Positions 26,656-37,125 of a stretch of 64,000 nucleotides of DNA are shown one piece after another. This DNA comes from an uncultured bacterium. GTDB lineage: Bacteria > Methylomirabilota > Methylomirabilia > Rokubacteriales > DASRDR01. The notes under the pieces were generated by a model. It worked only from the letters and a program-made list of their open reading frames with translations, made no database searches and was not told the origin of the DNA. Numbering within the stretch: the stretch's first letter is position 1; each line of letters starts with the position of its first letter. Made by a program: the position numbers and the translations under genes. The stretch covers positions 24,639-88,638 of the forward strand of contig CAYQDR010000001.1 in the NCBI GenBank assembly GCA_964416315.1, given 5' to 3'.

Positions 26656-28389
26656 GTGAGCCGCCCCGCCACCGCTGCCGCGGCCCCGGGTGGGGCGCTC
26701 CGCGCGCGCCTCGACCCGGGCCTGACGGCCCTCGGCCTCGTCATCCTCGGGCTGCTCGGCGCCTTCATCGTCTACCCGCTCCTCCAGGTCCTCTGGGTCG
26801 CGGTCGCGGCGGACGGGCGACCCACCACCGCGCACGTGGTGGCGTTCCTGCGGCGACCGCTCTTCCGCGAGGCGCTGGTCAACTCGCTCGTCTCGGGCGT
26901 CGCGGCGGTCGCGGGCGGGAGCGTGATCGCCCTCCCGCTGGCGGTCCTGACCACCCGCTACGCGTTTCCCGGGCGGGGGCTCGTCCAGACCCTCGCGGTG
27001 CTCCCCCTGGTCATCCCGCCGTTCGTGGGCGCCGTCGCCTTCCAGCAGATCCTGGGCCGCAGCGGGGTGGTGAACCTGTTCCTGCTGGAGACCCTCGGGG
27101 TGTCGGTGCCCTTCATGGAAGGGCTGCCCGGCGTGATCCTCGTCCAGACCCTGCACTACTTCCCGTTCATCTACCTCAACACGGCCGCGGCGCTCGCGGG
27201 CCTCGACCCGTCCCTCGAGGAGGCGGCCCAGAACCTCGGCAGCCACGGGCCTCGGCTCTTCGCGCGCGTGCTCCTGCCGCTCGCCCTGCCGGGGTACGCG
27301 GCGGGCGCGCTCCTCTGCTTCATCCGGGTGATCGACGACCTCGGCACGCCGCTCCTGCTGAACTACACGAAGCTCCTCGCGCCCCAGGCGTATCTCCGGG
27401 TGACCACGGCCGGGCTCAACGACGTGGACGGCTACGTGATCTGCCTCATCCTGGTGACGCTCTCGTTGCTGGCGCTGTGGGGCGCGAAGTCCGGGCTGCG
27501 GCTCGCCGAGTACACACAGCAGGCGCGCGGTCCCGAATTCGAGCCGCGGCGGCTCCGGGGCGCGGGACGCGTGGCGGCGTGGGCGGTCTCGGGGGGCCTC
27601 CTGGGCGTGGCGCTGCTCCCGCACGTCGGGATCCTGGTGCTCTCCTTCGCCCAGGTCTGGTCGTTCTCGTACCTGCCGACCCGCTGGACGCTGGGCGGGT
27701 ACGAGGAGATCCTGTTCCGGGCGCCCCACTTCGTGTGGAACACGCTCCGCTACGCGGTGCTGGCCGCGGCCCTCGACGTGGTCCTGGGCGCGGCGATCGC
27801 CTGGCTGCTCCTCCGGGGCCGCACGCCCGCGGGGCACGGGGTCCCGGGCGTGGGCGCGCTGGACGCCATCGCCACCCTGCCGCTCGCGATCCCGGGCGTC
27901 GTGCTCGCCATCGGGTACCTGCGGGTCTTCCACGGGTGGGACGTCCCGGGGCTCGGCCAGCCGCTCACGGCGTCCTGGCTGATCCTCGTGATCGCCTACG
28001 CGATGCGGCGGCTGCCCTACACCGTCCGGGCCGCGTACGCTGCGCTCCAGCAGCTCCACGTCTCGCTGGAGGAGGCGGCGGAGAACCTGGGCGCCACGCG
28101 CCTCCGCACCTTCCGTCGCGTGACGCTGCCGCTGATCGCGCGGGGCCTCGTCGCCGGCGGCCTCATCGCCTTCATCACCTCGGCGGTGGAGCTGTCCTCG
28201 ACGATCCTGCTGGTCCCGCGCATCGAGCTGGGGCCGATCGCCTACGGGATCTACATCTACATGCAGTCGGCGGTCGGCCGCGGCCCGGGCGCCGCCCTCG
28301 GTGTGGTGGCGATCCTCCTGGTCGCGGTGGGCACTGCGCTGACGAACGTCGTGGCCCGACGGACCCTCGGCGCCGCGTTCCGGATGTAG
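26656..28389 (+). CDS. ABC permease, two-repeat FbpB type
   Basis: Two EAA loops (LEEAAQNLG, LEEAAENLG). Confidence 0.9.
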   Translation: MSRPATAAAAPGGALRARLDPGLTALGLVILGLLGAFIVYPLLQVLWVAVAADGRPTTAHVVAFLRRPLFREALVNSLVSGVAAVAGGSVIALPLAVLTTRYAFPGRGLVQTLAVLPLVIPPFVGAVAFQQILGRSGVVNLFLLETLGVSVPFMEGLPGVILVQTLHYFPFIYLNTAAALAGLDPSLEEAAQNLGSHGPRLFARVLLPLALPGYAAGALLCFIRVIDDLGTPLLLNYTKLLAPQAYLRVTTAGLNDVDGYVICLILVTLSLLALWGAKSGLRLAEYTQQARGPEFEPRRLRGAGRVAAWAVSGGLLGVALLPHVGILVLSFAQVWSFSYLPTRWTLGGYEEILFRAPHFVWNTLRYAVLAAALDVVLGAAIAWLLLRGRTPAGHGVPGVGALDAIATLPLAIPGVVLAIGYLRVFHGWDVPGLGQPLTASWLILVIAYAMRRLPYTVRAAYAALQQLHVSLEEAAENLGATRLRTFRRVTLPLIARGLVAGGLIAFITSAVELSSTILLVPRIELGPIAYGIYIYMQSAVGRGPGAALGVVAILLVAVGTALTNVVARRTLGAAFRM

Positions 28390-28398
28390 CGGGCGGCC

Positions 28399-29502
28399 GT
28401 GGCCCAGGCGGCGGAGGTCCGGCTCGAGGGCGTCGGCAAGCGCTACGGCACGCTCTGGGCGGTCAGCGACGTCACGCTCCACGTCGGTCGCGGCGAGTTC
28501 TACACGCTGCTGGGGCCGTCCGGCTGCGGGAAGACCACGCTGCTCCGGATGATCGCCGGCTTCGTGCGGCCGGACACGGGGGCGATCTGGCTCGACGGGG
28601 CGCGGCTCGACCCCGTCCCGCCCTGGCGGCGCCAGGTCGGCCTGGTCTTCCAGAACTACGCACTCTGGCCCCATCTCTCCGTGTTCGAGAACGTCGCCTT
28701 CGGCCTCCGGGAGCAGCGCGTGCGCGGCGACGTCCTGCGCGAGCGCGTCCGCGCCGCGCTGCGGCAGGTCGGGCTCGAGGGCTTCGAGCGGCGGCGCCCG
28801 TCCCAGCTCTCGGGGGGCCAGCAGCAGCGGGTGGCGCTGGCGCGGACCCTGGTCGTCCAGCCCCGGGTGCTCCTCCTGGACGAGCCCCTGTCGAACCTGG
28901 ACGCCCAGCTCCGGGCGCAGATGCGGACGGAGCTGGCCCGGCTCCAGCGGGAGGCGGGGATCACCACCATCTACGTGACCCACGATCAGGCCGAGGCGCT
29001 GTCGCTGTCCACGCGCATCGCCCTCCTCTCGGCCGGGGCCGTGGTGCAGGAAGGGACGGCCTGGGAGGTCTACCACCACCCCCGGAACCGCTTCGCCGCC
29101 GAATTCATCGGGGCCGCGAACATCCTCGAGGGCGTCGTCGCGGAGGTGCGCGCGGGCGAGGCGCGCGTGGATCTCGGCGGGGGCATCGCCGTTCGGGCGG
29201 CGGTCCCCGCCGTGGGGGCCGCCCCCGCGGCGGGGAGCCGGGCGGTCGTGTGCGTCCGGCCGGAGGCGATCCGGGTAGTCACGGGCGGCGCCGGGGGGGC
29301 CGCGGCCGGGGCCAATGCCCTCGCCGGCCGCGTGGGCGCGGCGACCTTCGAGGGCGGTCGCGTCCGCTACGAGGTCGAGCTGAATCGCGGGCTGCTTGTG
29401 CGGGCTGACGCGCCCGCGGCGCCGGGCGACGCGCCGGCGGCGCCCGGCACGACGGTGACGGTGGCGTTCGAGCCCCGGGACGCCCGGTTCCTCGGGGAGT
29501 AG
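28399..29502 (+). CDS. ABC ATP-binding protein (PotA/FbpC type) with TOBE domain
   Basis: GPSGCGKTT, LSGGQQQR and LLDEPLSNLD motifs. Confidence 0.95.
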   Translation: MAQAAEVRLEGVGKRYGTLWAVSDVTLHVGRGEFYTLLGPSGCGKTTLLRMIAGFVRPDTGAIWLDGARLDPVPPWRRQVGLVFQNYALWPHLSVFENVAFGLREQRVRGDVLRERVRAALRQVGLEGFERRRPSQLSGGQQQRVALARTLVVQPRVLLLDEPLSNLDAQLRAQMRTELARLQREAGITTIYVTHDQAEALSLSTRIALLSAGAVVQEGTAWEVYHHPRNRFAAEFIGAANILEGVVAEVRAGEARVDLGGGIAVRAAVPAVGAAPAAGSRAVVCVRPEAIRVVTGGAGGAAAGANALAGRVGAATFEGGRVRYEVELNRGLLVRADAPAAPGDAPAAPGTTVTVAFEPRDARFLGE

Positions 29503-29506
29503 GCCC

Positions 29507-30304
29507 GTGGCACGCGTGGTGCGGGCGACCTGCGGCGCGGCGCCGCGACTCCTGACGTCGGCCCTGGCCCTGCTTCTCGCCGGCGGCACCGCCACGGCCG
29601 GGAGCGCTCGATCCGTCTCCCTCGTCGAGCCGGGTCCCTTCGGGCCGACCGAGGTCAGGCTCGAGGACGGCCGCCACGTGGCCGTACCCGCGGCGACTCA
29701 CGCCTTCTATCGGATGCTCACCCAGGAGGGGCGGATCCACGGCAGGAACGCGGAGCCGCCGTCGGAGTCGGAGATCAGGGAGGGGATCCTCCTGAGGCGG
29801 CGGCACGAACCCGCGTGGACCGCGCGCTTCGGCGATCGCCCGCGGACTCCCGAGTCGGCCTATGCCTTCCCCGTGGAAGGGGGGAGCCTGCCCGAGCACT
29901 CGGGCTATCGCCCGGGGCATCGGGCGGAGGACATCTTCGCTCCGCCCGGGAAGCGCGTCTTCGCCCCCGCCACGATGCTGATCGTCCACGTCGGCTACCT
30001 CTCGAAGACCGCCGGCGAGGCCGTGGTGGGCTTCATCGCGCCCGGGCCCGGGCAGCCGAGGGCGCGCTACGTCGTCCTCGTCCACCTCGACCCGGCGCCG
30101 GCCAGAGCGCGGGTCGGGGAGACGGTCGAGGCGGGCCGCGTCGTCGGCAGGATCACGAGGGGCGACGACGAAGCGATCGCGGGGAACGCGCTCGGCCGGC
30201 CGCCCCATCTCCACTTCGTCGTCCGCGAGGAGCGTCCGGACGGACGGCTCGAAGGCATCCCGGTCTGGGAGCTTCTGCGGCGCGCGCGCCAGAGGAGGGA
30301 GTGA
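29507..30304 (+). CDS. M23 family metallopeptidase-like protein
   Basis: HRAEDIF (HxxxD) and PHLHF motifs; N-terminal signal-like segment. Confidence 0.7.
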   Translation: MARVVRATCGAAPRLLTSALALLLAGGTATAGSARSVSLVEPGPFGPTEVRLEDGRHVAVPAATHAFYRMLTQEGRIHGRNAEPPSESEIREGILLRRRHEPAWTARFGDRPRTPESAYAFPVEGGSLPEHSGYRPGHRAEDIFAPPGKRVFAPATMLIVHVGYLSKTAGEAVVGFIAPGPGQPRARYVVLVHLDPAPARARVGETVEAGRVVGRITRGDDEAIAGNALGRPPHLHFVVREERPDGRLEGIPVWELLRRARQRRE

Positions 30305-31080
30305 TGCGCGGGAAACGGATCAAGGAGAAGCTCCGGGCCGGCCGGCCCGTGTTCACCGTGGGGCTCCGGTTCCACGCGCCGCGGCTCGTCGAGATGCTCG
30401 CGCGGAGCGGCGCGGACCAGATCTTCCTCGACGCCGAGCACGGCCCGCTGTCGGAGCGCGAGTGCGAGGAGATGATCCGGGCCGCCGACCTCTACGACCT
30501 GCCGGTGTCGATCCGGGTGCCGGTCAACGCGCCCCACGTGATCCTCCGGTACCTCGACATCGGCACCTCGACGATCGTCGTCCCGCACGTGGCGGCTCGC
30601 GAGGACGCGCGGCGGGCTGTCCGCGCGGTCAAGTACCCGCCCGCAGGGGAGCGGAGCTTCGCCCCGGGGCGTGGGGGCGAGCTCCTCGGGCTCGCGCCGG
30701 CGGAGTACGTGCGGCGGGCGAACGAGGAGACCGTCGTGGTCGCGCTGTTCGAGGACGTGACCGGGCTCCACGAGATCGAGGCGATCTGCGCCACGCCGGG
30801 GATCGACGCGCTGGCCGTCGGCGCCTACGACCTCGCCGCCTCGATGGGCCACCCGGGGGAGCCTTGGCACGCCGAGGTCCAGGCGGTCGTGGACCGGATC
30901 CGGGAGACCTGCCGCGCGGCCCGGATGCCGTTCGGCACCGTCCCACGCGATCGGGCCGACCTCTGGCGTCAGATCGAGCGGGGCTGCCAGCTCATCAGCC
31001 TGAGCCCCCTCGAGTGGGGCATCCAGGTCGCCCGGGAGACGCTGGAGGAGCTCTCGAAGCTCAGGCCCGCCGGGGCCTGA
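30304..31080 (+). CDS. HpcH/HpaI aldolase family protein
   Basis: IFLDAEHGP, IRVP, VKYPPAGERS and VGAYDLAASMG motifs. Confidence 0.9.
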   Translation: MRGKRIKEKLRAGRPVFTVGLRFHAPRLVEMLARSGADQIFLDAEHGPLSERECEEMIRAADLYDLPVSIRVPVNAPHVILRYLDIGTSTIVVPHVAAREDARRAVRAVKYPPAGERSFAPGRGGELLGLAPAEYVRRANEETVVVALFEDVTGLHEIEAICATPGIDALAVGAYDLAASMGHPGEPWHAEVQAVVDRIRETCRAARMPFGTVPRDRADLWRQIERGCQLISLSPLEWGIQVARETLEELSKLRPAGA

Positions 31081-31086
31081 GGCGTT

Positions 31087-32199
31087 TCAGCCCAGGCAGA
31101 CCTCGAGCGGGGCGGCGGCCTGGCCGACGGCCTCGGCGACGCGCGGGTGGACGATCTTCCCGCCGCAGACGTTGACCCCCTTCGCGAGCGCGGGGTTCGC
31201 CCGGACGGCGGCCGCCACGCCCTTCGAAGCCAGCTCCAGGGCGTAGGGGACCGTCGCGTTGGTCAGGGCGAAGGTGGAGGTGCGCGGGACCAGCGCCGGC
31301 ATGTTGGCCACGCCGTAGTGGAGGACCCCGTGCACGCGGTACACCGGCTCGAGGAGCGTCGTCGGCCGGATCGTCGCGATGCACCCCCCCTGATCCACCG
31401 CGACGTCCACGACGACGGCGCCCTCCTTCATCCGGGCCACCATCGCCTCCGTCACGAGGACGGGCGCCCGGGCGCCGGCGATGAGCACGCCGCCGACGAG
31501 GAGGTCGGCCCGCTGGACGACCTGCTCGATGTTGTAGCTGTTCGAGACGAGCGTGACGACCTGGCCGCGGAAGAGGTCGTCCACGTAGCGGAGGCGGTCC
31601 AGGTTCACGTCGAGGATCGACACGTCCGCGCCCAGCCCGACCGCCGTCTTCGCGGCGTTCAGCCCGACCGTGCCCGCGCCCAGGATCACGACGTTGCCCG
31701 GCGGGACGCCCGGGATGCCGGAGAGCAGGATCCCGCGGCCGCCGTGCGCGCGCCCCAGATAGAACGCGCCTTCCTGGACCGCCAGGCGCCCCGCGATCTC
31801 GCTCATCGGCGTGAGCAGGGGGAGACTCCCGTCCGCGCGCTCCACGGTCTCGTAGGCGATCGCGACGACGTTCGTCCGCTGGAGCACGGTGACGAGCTCG
31901 GGAACCGCGGCGAGGTGGAGATAGGTGAAGAGGATCTGGCCCGCGCGGAGCCGGTCGTACTCGTCCGGCACCGGCTCCTTGACCTTCAGCACGAGCTCCG
32001 CCTGCGCCCAGACCTCCTCCACGCCGACGAGGGCGGCCCCGACGCCGGCGTAGTGCTCGTCCCGGATGCCGCTCCCGCTGCCCGCCCCCCGCTCGACCAG
32101 GACCCGGTGCCCCGCCTCCCGGAAGGCGCGCACGCCGGCGCGCGTGAGGGCGACCCGCTGCTCACCCGGTTTGATCTCGCGTGGGACCCCGACGATCAC
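31087..32199 (-). CDS. ald: Alanine dehydrogenase
   Basis: IVGVPREIKPGEQRV, LFTYLHLA, PMSEIAGRL, VAVDQGGC and VANMPALVPRTST motifs. Confidence 0.95.
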   Translation of the reverse strand: MIVGVPREIKPGEQRVALTRAGVRAFREAGHRVLVERGAGSGSGIRDEHYAGVGAALVGVEEVWAQAELVLKVKEPVPDEYDRLRAGQILFTYLHLAAVPELVTVLQRTNVVAIAYETVERADGSLPLLTPMSEIAGRLAVQEGAFYLGRAHGGRGILLSGIPGVPPGNVVILGAGTVGLNAAKTAVGLGADVSILDVNLDRLRYVDDLFRGQVVTLVSNSYNIEQVVQRADLLVGGVLIAGARAPVLVTEAMVARMKEGAVVVDVAVDQGGCIATIRPTTLLEPVYRVHGVLHYGVANMPALVPRTSTFALTNATVPYALELASKGVAAAVRANPALAKGVNVCGGKIVHPRVAEAVGQAAAPLEVCLG

Positions 32200-32211
32200 G
32201 GCCGCGCCGCC

Positions 32212-32240
32212 TTGACCGCCCCGTCACCTTCCGGTAGCGT
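32212..32240 (+). promoter_or_regulatory. Putative sigma70 promoter for AOR-leuCD
   Basis: TTGACC-N17-TAGCGT. Confidence 0.5.
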
Positions 32241-32301
32241 AGGGCCGTCGGGCCCGTAGCGGCCCGGCCTCGAGGGACGGGCAACCCCAGGGAGGAGGCA
32301 T

Positions 32302-34185
32302 ATGGCATCGGGCGTCACGGCTCGGCTCCTGCACGTCGATCTTACGACGCGTGAGACCCGCGTTGAAGAGCTTCCAGAGACGGTGGTCAGGAAGCACCTG
32401 GGAGGGGGGGCGCTGGCCTGCTACCTCCTGCTCCGCGACCTCCCGCCGGGGGTGGACCCGCTGGGGCCCGAGAACATCCTCGTCTTCACGACGAGCGTGA
32501 TCAACGGGCTCTCCCTGTCGGGGACCAACCGGTACACGGCCGCGGCGAAGTCGCCGCTGACCGAGGCGTACGGGGAGTCGGAGGCGGGCGGCTGGTGGGG
32601 CCCCGAGCTGCGCGCCGCCGGCTACGACGGGCTCGCGATCCGCGGCCGGGCGGAGTCCCCCGTCTACCTCTGGATCAAGGACGGGCAGGTGGAGTTCCGG
32701 GACGCGCGCCCGTACTGGGGGCAGCTCTCGGGCGAGGTGCAGGACGGGCTCCAGCAGGAGCTGGGGGACAAGCGGATCCGCGTGCTGCAGACCGGCCTCG
32801 CCGGGGAGCGCGGCGTGCGCTTCGCCGCGATCGTCAACCAGCTCAAGCACTTCCACGGGCGCTGCGGGCTCGGCGCGGTGATGGGCGCCAAGCAGCTCAA
32901 GGCGATCGTCGTGCGGGGGGCGAAGCCGCCCGCTGCCATGGACAAGGACGGCGCGCGGGGGGCGCTGACCTGGTTCCGCGAGCACTACGACCGCTCGAAG
33001 GACCGCTTCCACGTGCTCGGCACGGCCAGCGCCGTGCTGGCGCTCGAGGCGGGCGGGATCCTGCCGACGCGGAACTTCCGCGACGGCTCGTTCGAGCACG
33101 CGAAGGCCATCAGCGGCCAGACGATGGCGGAGACGATCCTCGTGAACCGCGGCACCTGCTTCGCGTGTGCCGTCGCCTGCAAGCGCGAGGTGGCGGTCCC
33201 CGAGGACGGGGTCACGCCGAAGTACGGCGGCCCCGAGTACGAGACGCTGGCGGCGAGCGGGTCCCTCTGCGGGGTCGGCGACCTGCGGGCGCTGGCCCGG
33301 GTGAACCAGCTCCTCGCGCAGTACGTCCTCGACTCCATCTCGACCGGGGTGACGATCGCGTTCGCGATGGAGTGCTACGAGCACGGCATCATCACGAAGG
33401 CCGACACCGGCGGGATCGAGCTCACCTGGGGGAACGCCGAGGCCGTCGAGCAGATGGTCCACCTGATCGGCCGGCGCGAGGGGATCGGCCGGCTCCTCGG
33501 CGAGGGCGTCAAGCGCGCCGCCGCTCAGCTCGGGCGGGGCGCCGAGCGCTTCGCCCTCCACGTCAAGGGGCAGGAGCTGCCCATGCACGACCCGCGGGGG
33601 AAGAAGGCGCTCTCGCTCGCCTATGCCATCTCCCCGACCGGCGCCGACCACATGGAGGCGCCGCACGACCCCCTCTACGAGGGCTTCCACCCCCAGGGCC
33701 ATCCGCTCGGGCCGCTCGGGCTCATCGAGCCGGTCAAGATGCTCGACTTTGGGCCGAAGAAGGTGCGGGCGTTCTTCCTCTGCCAGCAGGTCTGGAGCCT
33801 CTACAACTCGGTCGGGATGTGCGACTTCGTCGGCACCCCGCTGAACGCGCTCGAGCTGGAGAAGCTCGTGGGCTACGTCAACAGCGTCACCGGCTGGAAC
33901 ATGAGCCTCTTCGAGATGCTCAAGATCGGCGAGCGGGGGAACACGCTGATGCGCGTGTTCAACTGCCGCGAGGGGTTCACGCCGGCCGACGACGTCCTCC
34001 CGCAGCGGATGCACGAGGGGATCGGCAACGGCGCGCTGAAGGGCGAGCGCGTGGACCCGGACCAGTTCGTCGCGGCGCGGCGCCTCTACTACGAGATGGC
34101 CGGCTGGGACCCCGACACGGGCCGGCCGACGGCCGCGAAGCTGGCCGAGCTGGCGGTGGACGAGGCGGCGATCCGCACCGCCTGA
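32302..34185 (+). CDS. Aldehyde:ferredoxin oxidoreductase family (W/Mo-pterin) protein
   Basis: KSPLT...ESEAGG, GRCGLGAVMGAKQLKAI, CFACAVAC, PEYETL and LDSISTG motifs. Confidence 0.9.
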   Translation: MASGVTARLLHVDLTTRETRVEELPETVVRKHLGGGALACYLLLRDLPPGVDPLGPENILVFTTSVINGLSLSGTNRYTAAAKSPLTEAYGESEAGGWWGPELRAAGYDGLAIRGRAESPVYLWIKDGQVEFRDARPYWGQLSGEVQDGLQQELGDKRIRVLQTGLAGERGVRFAAIVNQLKHFHGRCGLGAVMGAKQLKAIVVRGAKPPAAMDKDGARGALTWFREHYDRSKDRFHVLGTASAVLALEAGGILPTRNFRDGSFEHAKAISGQTMAETILVNRGTCFACAVACKREVAVPEDGVTPKYGGPEYETLAASGSLCGVGDLRALARVNQLLAQYVLDSISTGVTIAFAMECYEHGIITKADTGGIELTWGNAEAVEQMVHLIGRREGIGRLLGEGVKRAAAQLGRGAERFALHVKGQELPMHDPRGKKALSLAYAISPTGADHMEAPHDPLYEGFHPQGHPLGPLGLIEPVKMLDFGPKKVRAFFLCQQVWSLYNSVGMCDFVGTPLNALELEKLVGYVNSVTGWNMSLFEMLKIGERGNTLMRVFNCREGFTPADDVLPQRMHEGIGNGALKGERVDPDQFVAARRLYYEMAGWDPDTGRPTAAKLAELAVDEAAIRTA

Positions 34186-34217
34186 GACCGATCGCGTCCT
34201 GAGCGGGTAGGCCTGCC

Positions 34218-35621
34218 ATGGCGAAGACGCTCCTCGACAAGGTGTGGGAGGCCCACACCGTCCGCGCGCTCCCGTCGGGGCAGACGCAGCTCCTGATCGG
34301 ACTCCACCTCATCCACGAGGTGACGAGCCCGCAGGCCTTCCAGATGCTGCGCGAGATGGGCCTGCGGGTGCGCATGCCGGCGCGCACCTTCGCCACGGTG
34401 GACCACATCGTCCCGACCGCCTCCCAGCAGCGCCCCTTCGGCGACGCCGTGGCGGAGGAGATGACGGTCCACCTGGTCCGGGGCTGCCAGGAGTTCGGGA
34501 TCCCGCTCTTCGACCTCGACAGCGGCCGCCAGGGGATCGTCCACGTCATCGGCCCCGAGCTCGGGCTCACGCAGCCGGGGATGACGATTGCCTGCGGCGA
34601 CAGCCACACCTCGACCCACGGCGCCGTCGGCGCCATCGCCTTCGGGATCGGGACGACCCAGGTGCGTGACGTCCTTGCAACCCAGTGCCTCCTGATGGCG
34701 AAACCGAAGCTCCGCCAGATCCGGGTCGAGGGGAAGCTCACCCGCGGCGTCTACGCGAAGGACGTCATCCTGGCGATCATCCAGCGGCTCGGCGTCAAGG
34801 GCGGCGTCGGGTACGCGTACGAGTACGCCGGCTCGACGCTCGAGGCGATGACGATGGAGGAGCGCCTCACGGTCTGCAACATGTCCATCGAGGGCGGGGC
34901 GCGGTGCGGCTACGTCAACCCGGACCAGACCACGGTCGACTACCTCCGCGGCCGGCCGTACGCGCCCCAGGGCACGGCGTTCGACCGGGCGGTCGTCTGG
35001 TGGCGGAGCATGGCGACGGACCTGGACGCGCGCTTCGACGACGTGGTCCGGCTCGAGGCCGACCGGATCCAGCCGGTCGTGACGTGGGGGATCAACCCGG
35101 GACAGTCGGTCGGGGTGGAGGAGCGCATCCCCGAGCCCGCGTCGGCCCCGGAGTCCGAGCGGGCGACCTGGCGCGAGGCGCTCGGCTTCATGGACTTCAA
35201 GGCCGGCCAGGCGATCGCGGGGACGAAAATCGACGTCGCCTTCATCGGCTCGTGCACGAACGCGCGCCTCTCCGATCTCCGGGCGGCGGCGGAGGTCGCG
35301 CGGGGGCGGCAGGTGGCGAAGGGCGTCCGGGCCCTCGTGGTCCCGGGCTCCCAGGCCGTGGCGAAGGCGGCGGAGGCCGAGGGCCTGCACGAGATCTTCC
35401 GGGCGGCGGGGTTCGAGTGGCGGAAGGCCGGCTGCTCGATGTGCCTCGGGATGAACGAGGACAAGCTCCGCGGGCGGGAGGTCTGCGCCTCGTCGTCGAA
35501 CCGGAACTTCATCGGCCGGCAGGGGAGCCCGACGGGGCGGACGCTCCTGATGAGCCCGGCGATGGTGGCGGCGGCGGCGATCGCGGGGGCGGTCGCCGAC
35601 GTGCGGGCGATGCTGCGGTGA
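34218..35621 (+). CDS. leuC: 3-isopropylmalate dehydratase large subunit
   Basis: [39 protein letters not shown] and NRNFIGRQG motifs. Confidence 0.95.
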   Translation: MAKTLLDKVWEAHTVRALPSGQTQLLIGLHLIHEVTSPQAFQMLREMGLRVRMPARTFATVDHIVPTASQQRPFGDAVAEEMTVHLVRGCQEFGIPLFDLDSGRQGIVHVIGPELGLTQPGMTIACGDSHTSTHGAVGAIAFGIGTTQVRDVLATQCLLMAKPKLRQIRVEGKLTRGVYAKDVILAIIQRLGVKGGVGYAYEYAGSTLEAMTMEERLTVCNMSIEGGARCGYVNPDQTTVDYLRGRPYAPQGTAFDRAVVWWRSMATDLDARFDDVVRLEADRIQPVVTWGINPGQSVGVEERIPEPASAPESERATWREALGFMDFKAGQAIAGTKIDVAFIGSCTNARLSDLRAAAEVARGRQVAKGVRALVVPGSQAVAKAAEAEGLHEIFRAAGFEWRKAGCSMCLGMNEDKLRGREVCASSSNRNFIGRQGSPTGRTLLMSPAMVAAAAIAGAVADVRAMLR

Positions 35622-36214
35622 GCACACCCAGCGCGCGCACCCGCATCGCCGGGCGGGGGATCCCGCTGGCCGGGAACGACATCGACACCGACCGGATCAT
35701 CCCCGCCCGCTTCCTCAAGGCCGTCACCTTCGAGGGGCTCGGCGAGCACGTCTTCGAGGACGCCCGCAAGCAGGAGCCGGAGCACCCGTTCAACCAGGCG
35801 GCGTTCCAGGGCGCCTCGATCCTCGTCTGCGGCCTGAACTTCGGCTGCGGCTCCTCGCGCGAGCACGCCCCGCAGGCCCTCCGGCGCTGGGGCATTCGCG
35901 GGGTCGTCGGGGGATCCTTCGCCGAGATCTTCTTCGGCAACTGCACGGCGCTCGGCATCCCCTGCGTCACGGCCGACATGGCCGACATCGAGTGGCTGCA
36001 GCGGGCCGTTGCGCGTGAGCCCCGGCGCGAGGTCCTGCTGGACCTCGAGCGGAAGGAAGCGCGCTTCGCGGACCGGGTGATTCCGATCCGCATCCCGGAC
36101 GGGGTCCGGGGTCAGCTCCTCACCGGGACCTGGAACGCGACCGGCGTGCTTCTCGAGGTCGGCGAGGCGATCGAGGCGGTCGCCCGGCGCCTCCCCTACA
36201 TCGCCGGTTACTGA
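35618..36214 (+). CDS. leuD: 3-isopropylmalate dehydratase small subunit
   Basis: [15 protein letters not shown] and [12 protein letters not shown] motifs; GTGA overlap with leuC. Confidence 0.95.
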   Translation: MSTPSARTRIAGRGIPLAGNDIDTDRIIPARFLKAVTFEGLGEHVFEDARKQEPEHPFNQAAFQGASILVCGLNFGCGSSREHAPQALRRWGIRGVVGGSFAEIFFGNCTALGIPCVTADMADIEWLQRAVAREPRREVLLDLERKEARFADRVIPIRIPDGVRGQLLTGTWNATGVLLEVGEAIEAVARRLPYIAGY

Positions 36215-36299
36215 GCGCGCCTTCCCGGGCGGCGAACTCGCTCAGCCCGCTGCCGCCCGCGTCAGCGTGTCGCCGCTCCGCGAGAGACCGGGGTCGGCC

Positions 36300-36407
36300 C
36301 GCGCGAGGTCGTCCCGGCCACCGGGGGACCCAGCACGGCCGCCGCCACCAGGAGCACGATCCAGAGGTCCTTCTTGGTGCGGTGGACGATCTCTCCTCCT
36401 CGGGCAT
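36300..36407 (-). pseudogene. Frameshifted N-terminal stub of a PH-domain-like membrane protein
   Basis: ATG-CCC-GAG-GAG-GAG-[AG]-ATC gives MPEEE/IVHRTKKDLWIVLLVAAAVLGPP, then truncates. Confidence 0.35.
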
Positions 36408-36455
36408 CCCCGCGACCGGTCGCGGCCGGATGAAGATCTCGAACGGCGCGGGCGC

Positions 36456-37064
36456 TCACCCCGGGATGTCCTCGCGCCCGTAGTACCAGGCCGTCACGGC
36501 CCAGCGCGGCGCCGCCGCCGCGAGCACCTCGTGCTCGATGCGGTCGGAGCGGAACACGACCAGGCGGTCGAGCACCGGTTCGACGTCGCGCGGGCCGTCG
36601 GGCAGGTAAAGCCGCAGCAGCCCGCCGTGCTCCGGGCGCCAGCCGGCGTTCAGGTAGTAGGTGGCAGTGAGCCGCCGGTTCGGGCCACCCGGGAACGCGT
36701 CGAGGTGCCGGGCGTACCGCGCGTCGGGCGCGTAACAGGCGAGCTGGACGTCGAAGCGGACGAGGCCGAGGTAGGCGTCGCGATTCAGGCCGAGACGGAG
36801 CGCCTCGAAGCGCTCGCACAGCGGGCGCAGGCCAGCCGGCGCGTCCGCGGGCGCGAGCCACGCGATCGCGTCGCCGCGCGTGGCGGGATCGCGCCGGTAA
36901 CCGCCGCCGCGCCTCACCCCGGCGGGGCGGAGCTCTCCGGCGCTGGCGAGCGCGCGGGCGGCCGCGCAGACCCCCTCGGCCGCAGCGGGCCCCAGGAAGC
37001 CGTCGCGCAGGAAGAAGCCGCGCTCCCCCAGCGCCCGGATCTCCGCGTCGTCGAGGTCGATCAT
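36456..37064 (-). CDS. 2OG-Fe(II) oxygenase (prolyl-hydroxylase-like)
   Basis: YARHLDAF (HxD), RRLTATYYLN and HEVL...RWAVTAW motifs. Confidence 0.9.
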   Translation of the reverse strand: MIDLDDAEIRALGERGFFLRDGFLGPAAAEGVCAAARALASAGELRPAGVRRGGGYRRDPATRGDAIAWLAPADAPAGLRPLCERFEALRLGLNRDAYLGLVRFDVQLACYAPDARYARHLDAFPGGPNRRLTATYYLNAGWRPEHGGLLRLYLPDGPRDVEPVLDRLVVFRSDRIEHEVLAAAAPRWAVTAWYYGREDIPG

Positions 37065-37089
37065 CGCCCGTGCTCCATTATGGAGCGTC

Positions 37090-37125
37090 TTGACGGCGCC
37101 GGAGCCGCGGTGTATATACATCGCG
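37090..37125 (+). promoter_or_regulatory. Sigma70 promoter with overlapping palindromic operator for the RHH/PIN TA pair
   Basis: TTGACG-N17-TATATA; near-perfect 20-bp palindrome CGCGGTGTATATACATCGCG at 37106-37125. Confidence 0.65.

Noticed and set aside
29507-31080. M23 peptidase translationally coupled to an HpcH aldolase as a new system
   Set aside because: Only adjacency supports it; no functional logic or further evidence in the sequence
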